Shown: positions 53,549 through 64,000 of the stretch, piece after piece
Position numbering within the stretch: the stretch's first letter is position 1
Layout of the letters: every line of letters begins with the position of its first letter
From: Podarcis gaigeae
Lineage: Eukaryota
Direction: 5' to 3' (one strand)
Length of the DNA: 64,000 bases
Assembly: GCA_964106915.2 (NCBI GenBank)
Contig: OZ066918.1
Made by a program: the position numbers and the translations under genes
Notes under the pieces: generated by a model
The model's input: the letters and a program-made list of their open reading frames with translations, nothing else
Databases searched by the model: none
Told to the model about the DNA's origin: nothing

Positions 53549-53573
53549 TGTGTGTGTGTGTGTGTGTGTGTGT
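53549..53573. repeat. (TG)n microsatellite
   Basis: Directly visible. Confidence 0.95.
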
Positions 53574-54350
53574 TCGTGCAATGTCTGAACAACCAAATTA
53601 TCTCACTTGATTATAAACACAAGCCAAATTGTATTCTTCTTAATACCTACTAAAATTAAATGCCCTAGACAAATCTTCACTAGTATTCAATTTTCAATGT
53701 TTTGTTCTCAAATGCTTGTTCTCTCCAGAGAGCTTAAATTATGGGGTGGGGTGGAGAGGGGCACAAGAAGAACCACCCTCTGATATGCCCACTTTAATTA
53801 CCAATATGAGACAATTCTGTCTGCTGCAGCCATGTGCAGAAAACAAGTTCCACCAGTTCAGCAACATTCATCAAGGGAAATCATCTGCAACAGTGTTCTT
53901 ATTACTGAGAAGAGACAGCACAATTTTTCTGTGACAATGTGGATAGGCTTCAAATTACTATAACTATGTGTAGGGGTTCAATCAAAACATTGTGTGAGCA
54001 GGCTTTGAATGCCAACTTTTATTGCAATGTTTCATTTTATACTCTCCTTCACTAACATTGCACTGACACCTAGTGGGCCAATAAAATATACATAGTTCAA
54101 TCTGTCCATCTTTCTGTCCTAACGCTTAGGATGTTTAGTCAGAAGTAAATCTCACCAATTTCACTTAAACCCCACTGTGACTTAACCTGCAAGCTTCAGT
54201 ATAAAAATATCAAATCACCTTTCAAAGCTTTGTATAAATATATGAAAGATGCACTTGCCTGCGCAACACACTCAAAAGCCAAGTGTTTTCTAGAGAGACT
54301 ACAAGTGCACAACACTTCAAACAGCAAATCCCATCACACCAGACGCTTAC

Positions 54351-54416
54351 CTTCTGAAGAATTTCTGAGAGCTGGTGATTGTCTTGCTTAAGAGATTCCA
54401 ACTGCGACAAAACAGC
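54351..54416 (-). CDS. CEP63: CEP63 exon (AVLSQLESLKQDNHQLSEILQK)
   Basis: cacttcAG acceptor, AAG|GTAAGC donor, 66 nt; resembles human [22 protein letters not shown]. Confidence 0.88.
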
Positions 54417-55054
54417 CTGAAGTGACAGGGTGGGGGATGGGGAGAAGTTACCATTTTTCCCTGTTAGTATATTTCACATGGAGGAATCATATAGCCCATA
54501 AACTTGTGCAAATCTGAGAATTGCAACCTTAATCTTAGCAAGTTTCTTGCCCTCATAGCTAACTCTGAAAATGTGGTGCCAATACAGCTAAAGGGTCTGG
54601 AACATACATGCAACCAAAGAAGTGTCATCCTACAACATATGGTTTCCTCTAATGCAGGGCTCACCAACCAGGCACCCATGAGTGCCATCATTCCTGCAAA
54701 AAGCCTTCTTCATCAGTAACCGACAGGCAGGGCCCCAAGACTCTGAAATTTCGTTTTTTAAAAATATGTTTCTAGCCATCCTAGAAAGTTATAAATCAAA
54801 ATGTACAGGCAGCTTTCTATGCAATTTCTGTGAAATTGCCAGCCTGGCTACTCCCAGCTGGTAGTGGTTTTTGCCAATGAATACATGAGAGCTGTAGTTC
54901 ATAAATGAGTTGTTTGGACACCAGGCAACAGATATCCCTGGGGTCCCAAAGAGCAGATGTTCCCCATCTCCTTTAGTGGCCTCTCTGCTTCTGTGTTATT
55001 TTTGAGACCTCAGACTTTCCATAGTTTGCCTTTTATTTTTCCCTAGAAACCAAG

Positions 55055-55461
55055 TGTGGCATTTGCCCATTCTTTGGGGATATGTTTGTACTGGGGAAGA
55101 GAGAGGGTTAATAGGTTTACCAATAAGAAAGCCTGGGGGCAGAGCCTACCTGATTTTGAGGCTCAGCCCAGAGGTTTTGACAGTTAGTTCGGTTGGTTCT
55201 TTGGGAGGGGGAGATAGAGGAGTCAGAGTGAGTTAGAGACAGGGACATGGCTGTGAGGGAATAGACTGGCAGCTTTTCAAATATATTTTAAAACTTGTTT
55301 GAAATAAACTTTAATCATCATTGTTAACTCTACCTGAGACTCAATACTTCACCGGGGAACCCTGGGTTTTTTCCACAAAATTGGTGGCAGCGGAAGAATA
55401 AAGTTGTGGTGTACAGGTCAATAGTCCGTGAAACGACTGGGGGCTCTGTACAAACGCCACA
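55055..55461 (+). mobile_element. Solo LTR in a CEP63 intron
   Basis: tgtggcatttg...caaacgccaca termini (TG..CA, inverted), perfect 5-bp TSD ccaag, internal AATAAA. Confidence 0.85.
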
Positions 55462-55979
55462 CCAAGCTACATCTTTCCTGCAGTGAGTTCATCTGGGATT
55501 AGGTATGCCCTGGAAATTATTATTTTTTCTAATATTAAATAATCCCTACTCCTCTGCCAAATGCAAATGTGAAAACTTTATGAAAGAGGCTTAGGCACGT
55601 CTCCTACCTGCAGAGAAGCTAAAAACCAGGGACTCATTAAGAATTCACTGCATAGTCAACTTATAGTACAATGGTATATGTGTGTTTAATGGGGCACTTT
55701 AGGCTAAGGGTTGGGGTTGGCATTGGGGAAAACCAGACTTTTTGTGCCTTTAACAAAAGGCTTAGCCTTTTCCAGTATGGAAATACAATTATAGAAAAAG
55801 CTTCACCATGACTGCACAAATTTTGTGCTATGCCACCTCTCCCATGGCAGGCATGTTGTGACTGGTGCCCACAGCACTCTTTCAAAATGCAAGATGTGCC
55901 CACTGCTCCATAAAGGTTGGCAACCCCCTGCTCTAATTGCTATACATCAAAACATTTTGAGGGATAACAGCCTATTTAC

Positions 55980-56177
55980 CCTGTGCTCCACTGCCTTCCG
56001 TTCTGCTTTTTCAATCTCCATTTTTAGTTGCTGCTCCAAGTTTAAAGTACAACTATTTGATGAGGCAATTGTGATGTCGCGCTGGTGAAGCTCCCGTGTT
56101 AGCTGAGCAACCTCCTGCTTCATTCCTTCTAACTCACTGTTGTGACTACGTTCTTTGTGCAATAGCTGCTCCTTCAG
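55980..56177 (-). CDS. CEP63: CEP63 exon (LKEQLLHKERSHNSELEGMKQEVAQLTRELHQRDITIAS...KAVEHR)
   Basis: tctgtctAG acceptor, GTAAAT donor, 198 nt; ELHQRDITIAS conserved with human. Confidence 0.95.
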
Positions 56178-56980
56178 CTAGACAGAAACATATATGAAAT
56201 TTGCAGTTAACATTTCACTGATTATCAGAAATCTCAGCATACAAAGCTCTCTGGAAACACAACGTCCTCCAGTTGCTCACTACTTGTAATAGTTCTGCCT
56301 GTATACAATGATCTTCTGCATTCTTAGGGCAGTTGTATTTCATTGAATCAGGGGATTAATGATAAACTATCAAATTACCCACAAGTGGACTGGCAAACTG
56401 AATTATTCACATTATAACAATGCCCCCTGACTGTTCCTGAGCTTCTACTGCACACAAAAGTGCAAATAAGACATTTTTTTAAAAAAAAATTACCAAAATG
56501 CAGAGGTCAGAAGAGTAAAGGACCCACTTTTGTCATAAAAAAGGTGATAGGTGCCAATAGTAAAATTGTAAGCACCATTTCAAAAACTAATGCTGAATGC
56601 AACTGAACACAAAAAAATTGCTTTCCATTCTATATGAAATACTCACTGACCTAGCCATTGGACCAGGCTGAGCTATTAAACAAAATTGTGGGAAGGACTT
56701 AAGACACAGAAACTGAAGAAGTTGATTGTTGCATAGTTTGTTCCAATCTATGGACTAAAAAATCCCTAAAATGAACATCAAGCCACATCAGAGAAAATTC
56801 TTAACTTAATACACAGATGACATCTAATACGTAGACAAAACTCAGAAGCAACCATTAAAAACAAGGGTGCTTACTAGGTATAATGGGGCTTTCAGTAACA
56901 ACATCGATCCCTACAGTGCCCAAACCTATTTTAAAATTATATATCACTGTACATCTTTTATTTGCACAAAAGGCCCTCAC

Positions 56981-57095
56981 CTTTTTTATCTCAGCCTTGG
57001 CCTGGCAGAGGTGCTCTTCTGTCAGCTGCAGCTCCTGGTATTTCTCAGTTAGCAATTCACTCGGCGGGGCATGGTTTGAATTTGCAGAACCCAGA
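56981..57095 (-). CDS. CEP63: CEP63 exon (LGSANSNHAPPSELLTEKYQELQLTEEHLCQAKAEIKK)
   Basis: AAG|GTGAGG donor, 115 nt; resembles human [25 protein letters not shown]. Confidence 0.9.
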
Positions 57096-57536
57096 CTATA
57101 TTCCAAAATGGTACAAGCACAGCAAAACACAAAAGGCTTTGTAAACTATTGTAGCACGTCACTACAGAAAGGAGACCGGCAGCCATTTTGCAATTATATG
57201 ATGCACAAATCCCACTGAGCAACATCCAAGTTACAGAAACTTTTCCTTGGTAGCTTGTTGCTCATTCAACAATTCAACAGTTGATGAGAAGTTGTAATTT
57301 TAGTCACCTAGCAAGCATATGTGATTCTTAGACCTTTGTATGAGATAAAAATGTCTTTAATTACAGTCAGCCATCTCCAAGTAAGGCTGTCCTATTCGTA
57401 TAACCCTAAATAAATTACTAAAATTTCAGACATTTCTAAGCCACCATTAGAGCCCTCTGCTACAGTAAAGATGAACTTATCTTCTAAATTTAAACTCATT
57501 TGTAAAGGTGGAGAAATTTCTGCAATGATCATCTAC

Positions 57537-57656
57537 CTGCCCTCAAGATGAATAATTTCAGGATGATCTAGCTTCAAGTGTATGTTGTCCAACTCCGTCC
57601 TGCTACGATAGATTCCATTGGTTCCTTCACTGCTCTGCAGGCACTCTTCCAGTGAC
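57537..57656 (-). CDS. CEP63: CEP63 exon (SLEECLQSSEGTNG...EIIHLEG)
   Basis: cctgtacAG acceptor, AG|GTAGAT donor, 120 nt, phase 2-2, open frame; ends like human EVTCLEGS. Confidence 0.82.
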
Positions 57657-59523
57657 CTGTACAGGAAGACATGTGAGTTCCTGAAGATTGTAGCCTTCTG
57701 ACATCCAAATTAAATCAGACACACCAGTTCTAGTAGATGTGCAAACAGACGCACAACACAGATGAATATTGCAATGCTTGTTTCTGAAGTGCTAAATATA
57801 TGATTAAAATAGAAAGTAGTACCTCAACTCTGCATTAAAAGCATTTAACAGTCAATGAAATAATCGTGGAAGAAGTAATCATGTTCGCCATCAGCATTGC
57901 AAATGAAAAAGGGAACAGCGCAGCCCTTGCATGTTACTCACCTTAAGCTCTGGCCAGGCAGAGCTATGGCCCAGTTCACATGTAATGCTAAGCCAAACCA
58001 AACTAGAAGGGAGATTGTGGCAACTTTGCTTCCCCACTTGTACTGGTACTGCTGTGATATAGGCCATGGTTTGGCTTAGTGTGTCATCCGAATCAAGGTT
58101 GATGGTTTGTCCCCTCAAAACAAACCACAAGTTGTAATTCAAGAACAAACCTTGGTTAAAGCTTGTGGTTTGTCTGAAGGAGACAAATAAAGAACCTGGG
58201 TTGGACAATACACTAACCCAAATCATGGTTCACCTTGCATGAGGACTCAAGAACAAATGAAGCAGCCACACTCTTTTCCAGGAGACCACACATTTGTTTT
58301 CAGCAATGGTTTGGGCTTAGTGTTACAAGAAAAGCAGGTCAATTAGTTACTACTGCCTTTTTAAAGCTTGGAGCAGTAATTTAGGGACTCTCAGTAGGTC
58401 GTAACTATCAGTCACAAGGATCTTACAGTTTAAAATGGTGTTCCAGGTGTTAATCGGTAAGGAAAGATGATGGGAAGTATGACTCAATTCTAGTATTATC
58501 AACCACCTTACAACTTCTGCCCAAGAAAAGTGCTCAACCTATGAAAGCCAACATCCAACAAGAGGTTTTTTTGGGGGAAATTGAAACACTTTAAAGTCAC
58601 ACAATAAAGCAAAGGTCCATATATCTGCTTGCCAGAGATGATCTGACAAATATCTGGTGACTGACTCCATCCTAGTGAGTAGGATACGCAACAGGGATAA
58701 GCCTTTGCCTTCTTCCATACCATCTGAGAAGGGGAGAAGGCTAATTCTCACATTTGTGCTAGGCTTTGAATGTTCTGCAATTACCTCAAGTTCAGTATGT
58801 TGCCAAGAGACAAGACCCCATCCCCAATGTGAGATGGGGTCTATGTCAAACACAAGTGTCCTTGCTTATCAAGGCCCGTCAAAATTTGTGGATCCTTGAA
58901 ATAAAAGGAACAAATAATAAGACATTCAATAAATGCATTTAGTCTGGCTGAAATTTCACATATTTCACTGGACGGTAGTACAAAATCCTAAAAGGAGCCA
59001 ACGTGTACCCTCACAAAATGTAATTCAAAATGCATGAATTTACTACAGTGGCAATTTTTAATTCAGAGAAGTAGGATTGGTGGTGTAGAGAATAAATAAC
59101 CAGAGGCATTATTCTACTATTACAAAAACAAACAATTAAATTTAGCAAGTGTGTTTGTTAACCTACTGAAGCAGTTCTCAAAAGGGAGAGGTAGATTATA
59201 GTAACTTCCATTGGATGTTTTGGTGCCTCACTGAAAGCCTCTCAAACTGGCAACAGTTAATTAAATATAAAATCTATTTTCTCTTTCTCTCTCCAAGAAA
59301 CATTTAGAAAATCCACCTTAAATCATGCTGTGGACTGATATAATCCTGTCTCTTTTTCCTTTTTTTAAATAACATTTTTAGCAAATGCTGAATACTAATC
59401 ACTATCTATCTTCAGTTGGGTTGGAAAAACAAATGTGCTACAGACTTTTTCTAGACATCTAGGAATATCTAGGTTTCAGGCAAAGGGCATAATTTGGGTA
59501 TGTTTTGATGCCAAGAACCATAC

Positions 59524-59669
59524 CTTACAAAAGCTTCTTTGTTTTGCAAGGTTTCAGTTAGTTTGGACACTTCCTTCTGTAATTGTTCTTTATGCATCTG
59601 TAAGTTGTTAATGAAGTCCTCCTGAGAGAGCAGAGTGGCCCTAAGTTCCATCTTTTCTTCATGCAGAAC
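59524..59669 (-). CDS. CEP63: CEP63 exon (VLHEEKMELRATLLSQEDFINN...FVR)
   Basis: ctcctctgaAG acceptor, AG|GTATGG donor, 146 nt; resembles human ALQEEKRELKAALQSQENLI. Confidence 0.9.
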
Positions 59670-59926
59670 CTTCAGAGGAGAAGATGGAAATTAGTGATGA
59701 AAAGATACAACAAATGGGATTAAGATTTTAGAATAAGCAAGCTATTGTGCTTGTGCATATACCCAAAGAGGAGAACAACTTGGAACAATCCCTTCCCTGT
59801 CAAGACACTGCTTCTCAATTAGGCTCAGGATAAAGCTGGGAGGAAGCCTATTTAATTAGTGACTTGCCAGCCCACTACCATTACAAGCTGTATATTAACC
59901 TGCTTCCAAGCAATTCACTCACAGAC

Positions 59927-60160
59927 CTCCAGTGAGTTCCGGGAAACTTTCAGCTCATCTAGTACTCTTTGATGTTCCTCCAAAATTTTCTGATTGCTAG
60001 AAGTTAAATCATCCACTTTCATATTCAGCCTTTCCACTTCCAGTTCATTGGCACAGATAGTGTCATTGGCCCTTTCCAACTTGCTAGTTAAGTGATGGAT
60101 TTCAGATTGGCTCGCCAGCTCCACAGACTCAAACATTTGCTTCCGGCTGGACAGTTGAGC
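59927..60160 (-). CDS. CEP63: CEP63 exon (AQLSSRKQMFESVELASQSEI...ERANDTICANELEVERL...SLE)
   Basis: KLERANDTICANELE is the CEP63/DEUP1 family motif; 234 nt, phase 0-0; weak GTCTGT donor required for frame. Confidence 0.93.
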
Positions 60161-62342
60161 CTGTAACACAGAGAGCACTGTTCTGTTAAGCTCCCCATTC
60201 CCGGCATAAATGAAATGGGTTAGGTTCTATTTTTGTCCACTTGTAGCAGTGATCACGACACCACTTCTGGAAGAAAAGAGCAGCAAGAGGTTTACATGTC
60301 CAACTTCTCCAACTGCAACAAAAGTTTCCCAAGAAATATCACTTTTTCACTTATTAGATGGTCACTATAACTGATAAAGGGAATAAAGACAAACATATGT
60401 TTGGGATCTGCAGACATAATGTGTCCCGTTAGACATACATACAAGTTAAGACATATACATACATGAAACCTTTTATGCAGGATGGCTTCCCCGCTGCATA
60501 GGAAAGCTTTCTAACTGAGAGTTTTAAAGCAACCTAGGCATGCACTGTTTTTAACTGAAGGTATCCAACCAACTTATGTAGGGTGCGAAAGTTTCCAGTA
60601 TTGTATTTTTCTGCTTTTAGAAATGCATTGTTTCACAATACAAATCAAATTGATCAACTGGAATGGATATAAAGCTAGCGAAATAAAAGATGGAAGTTGT
60701 AATTATTTTTTAGGCAACAGTCCCTTAAAAATATTTATGCACACAGCTTTTCAAGCATGCTAAAACTAACAAAATGCTTTTCAGTGCCTTCATTTTTCCA
60801 CTTTAAAATCTAAATAATGTAAGGGAAGTCTATGTAATTGAGTTTCACTTCTTAAAATATTTACAAGCATTCTTATCAAAATAATTTCCAAGTAAAGCTC
60901 TGAATCTCTATGAATGTAATAAACCACTCTAAGTGAACTTTAATTACTTTCTCTCATCAAGTATTTCAGTTCTCAACTATTATTGGCTTTCAGAAAAAAA
61001 CTTTTCTGATATTCATATACCTGTACAATTAACATGTTATTGAGCTCCTTGGAAGATAAAGGTGGCCTATGAATGAATGAAATATTTTTCCCCTGGAAAA
61101 CCCACATCATAAGCATCCAAGGAGGCAATCCTATTCACTCTCAAGTGTATGTCACATGGATTTTAATACAACTTATTCCCAAATCAATGTCAACAGGACT
61201 ACTGCATACCTGCAGTTAAGAATTATTTGAGTTATATTAAATATAGACTAGGGTTCTGTCAGTGCAGGGACAGTGCAAGGATTTCCCCTATGCCAATGGA
61301 ATGTTCTCCCCTCTCCTCCTGCCTGCATTCCCTAGATCTGTTCTAGAAGTTCCCTCAATCCTCAAGAACAGATGTGGGAATGGCACAAGTAGCAAGAGAG
61401 AGTGGGAAGTCCTGTTGCACTGGTGGTAATCCTTGCGTGCATCTGCAACTATTTCACCAAATACTGCCCTTTGACTGCTTTGAGAATCAAAATCCTACTA
61501 CCTGGGTTTTTTTGCTGTCCTGTCACTGATATGACCTTCTAGCTAAGGCTCCAAACAAATCTGCTTTCAATAGACTAAGCCATCAAAAACACAGGCACAG
61601 CTACAGTAAGGTATTTGTCTTCAAAAGGCTTACACTTTGTCCAAGCACATCTGTGAGCATCTTTCATAAAGCCACTATCAGTGTCAGCCTTAATCCTGTC
61701 ACTGCCAACTTCTGCCATGCAGAACTTCCACTCAGTGGCAACTGTGGAGTCCATTAAGTGCAAAGCTCCCAGCAAGAGCTTCTTATCAGCAACTCCAGTG
61801 TTTTGTGTCAGACCAAGTTTATTCACAGCTGGTACCTGGTCAGTTAAACTAAGCCACAGCGGCACGAACTCAATGAACAGATTAATTTTTCAGAAACAGC
61901 AGAGACTCTGCACGCTTGCTTCAAGAGACACAAACAGCACAGCTATGCATTAACACTAACTTGGTTACCCTGCCACATAGGAAATGCACCATTTTAAAAA
62001 ATCATTATTTAAACAGGTTGCATACACCTGGTGGCATGTTGTCTGGCATCTATACAGTTTTGAACAACATCGTATTTTAATTCTTTCACACTGTGCAATT
62101 ACCCAACCAGAATCATTTTATGGCCTTTCTCCAGCTGGCACTTGACAGCAAAGATAGGCAATTGCCTTCCAGCCACTGTACAGTTTTCAGATTATTTCCT
62201 GGCTTTGTCTACATATTGAACAGGACAAGGTTATTCCATCAGGAGTTTCACTGTCATTTCACTGGTAACCTGAATTGTGCTAAGGCTCTGAAGTCTGCCA
62301 GTAGGTCCTTTCCAAGGCAAACTCCTCATCCGCTAACTCTAC

Positions 62343-62456
62343 CTGAATGAGATCAGACTGCTCAGAAAAAGCCTTCCGCTGTGCTTCCAGTGATGCCACG
62401 TGCTGCTGGTAGTGCAAGCGCTGCTTCTCCCAATCTAGAGATTTCTGGCGGAACTC
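62343..62456 (-). CDS. CEP63: CEP63 internal exon ([38 protein letters not shown]); upstream exons are outside the window
   Basis: tttacAG acceptor and GTAGAG donor on - strand, 114 nt; matches recalled human [38 protein letters not shown]. Confidence 0.95.
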
Positions 62457-62570
62457 CTGTAAAGACAATTGGGAATCGCTATCGATGTGGTTGAAAAATA
62501 CCCACTATCCGAAATCCAGTATCTTTTATCTGGCCCCTATCCTTATCCAAGTCAAGAACCTCATTAAGTA

Positions 62571-63016
62571 CTGTAAGCCTGCAACGTACATGCATTTAAC
62601 TTACACACATTCAGCTTATGTGCTTGGCAATAAACAAACAAATAAAAAGTGGGTGGGCAACTGGTGGGGGCGGGGAGACTTTGGCAAATCCCACCTGCCA
62701 CTGAACCCAATGTGTTTTGAGCGCAGTGGTACCTCTGGTTACGAATGCTTCTGGTTACGAACTCCACTAATTTGGAAGTAGCAGCTCCTGGTTGTGAACT
62801 TTGCCCCAGGATGCAAACTGAAATCGCGCGCCAGAGGCACACACACAGCGGGACACCCCATTAGCGAAAGTGCACCTCAGGATAAGAACGGTTTCAGCTT
62901 AAGAACGGACCTGCGGAACAAATTAAGTTCATAACCAGAGGTACCACTGTATATACAATTTTGGCTTTAGACACGATCTCCAGAATGTAACCCCCGTGTA
63001 CGTTGGGGTCTTACTG
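62571..63016. mobile_element. Older TA-flanked MITE containing a nested MITE (62724-62949)
   Basis: Outer TIRs TA|ctgtaagcctgcaacgtac and gtacgttggggtcttactg|TA; inner TIRs cagtggtacctctggtta / taaccagaggtaccactg. Confidence 0.75.
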
Positions 63017-64000
63017 TAATCTAATACAACCATTCATAAGAAGAATGTTTTATTTTGGTTTCCAGTCCATTATATTTTTATGCCAGTTATTGCTTGTATA
63101 GATGTTGGACAAATGCCTTTATAAATCTGAGAGTTCTTAAGAGTTTTGTTTTTCAAAGTGTCTGCCACAGAGACCATATAGGTTGTAAGCATGGAGTATA
63201 CTGTGGCAATAATGATAGGTCCAGAAAAAAGATACAACATCTCAAAAACAATACTGAATTTATCGTGACAGCAAGACCCTACAAAATGCTTCCAGCCAAC
63301 AGCAGGAAGAAGGCATCCCCAGGTCTTTGAATGATCTGTCATTACACATTCAACTAAGTTTATCAGAACACATCATTATCTCTCAAGGGGTTTCTAAATA
63401 ATGAACATTAAAAAAAAAACTAATTTTATCATATCCTGTGTCACACACAGTCCTCCGAGTTATTATGCTACTGCAAATATATAACATTTTCGAAATGTTC
63501 CAGGTAAAATATATTTTATCTAGAAAAATGCTACACATCCCCTGAATGATTTATTTGTTCTTGTGTAAGCACTCTGTGGGATGTGGCTGTGTAGCATGAG
63601 TACATTAAATACTGCTTTTGACGTAATTAGTAGGGATGGACAAACTTACTCTGAAAGAAATTGCAATTCTCTCATTAAGCAATAAATCCCATGGTACAAG
63701 CTCAGATGAAATCTCAATTTTTCTGTGATTTCATAAGTATATTTAATTTCTGCACATTCAAAACCACAACAGGAAAAGCACTTTCCTTGTCCATTACCAG
63801 AGATTACCTAATTGCCCTCAGGGTTCATCCTCACACACTCTTTTCATGCAGAACATCAGAGATTTCATATGTATAAAGGCAATGGTATACATCTGTAACT
63901 GTGCCAATATTTTTAAATTAAAATAATTAACTCCCTAAGCAGCATTTATATTCTCAAGGCTGTATCTAGTGGTGGACATAGGAAGCATTCCGACTCCATC

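Noticed and set aside
61575-61953. Overlapping 90-96 aa ORFs in a CEP63 intron
   Set aside because: The flanking exons join in frame without them; the candidate splice sites are weak and the frame hits a stop

Overview
Eukaryotic (vertebrate) DNA, almost certainly a squamate and probably a lacertid lizard: it has Sauria SINEs with (ACCTTT)n tails, Bov-B, CR1, L1, L2 and TA-flanked MITEs. Two spliced genes converge tail-to-tail, the arrangement I recall from mammals. KY (kyphoscoliosis peptidase, + strand) has 11 coding exons reconstructed by hand from 16267 to 43364, about 652-665 aa, with an intact transglutaminase-like Cys/His/Asp triad. The 3' part of CEP63 (- strand) has 10 coding exons from 62456 down to the stop at 49633; its 5' exons lie beyond the window. 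The first ~16 kb is TE-rich intergenic DNA. The most striking non-coding structure is a ~500-bp near-perfect palindrome (5547-6044). I read it as an inverted pair of Penelope-like pseudo-LTRs, each arm carrying a minimal hammerhead-ribozyme motif. I found no wholly new multi-gene system; most short ORF-track entries are noise. Protein comparisons are from memory of the human orthologues, not from a search.
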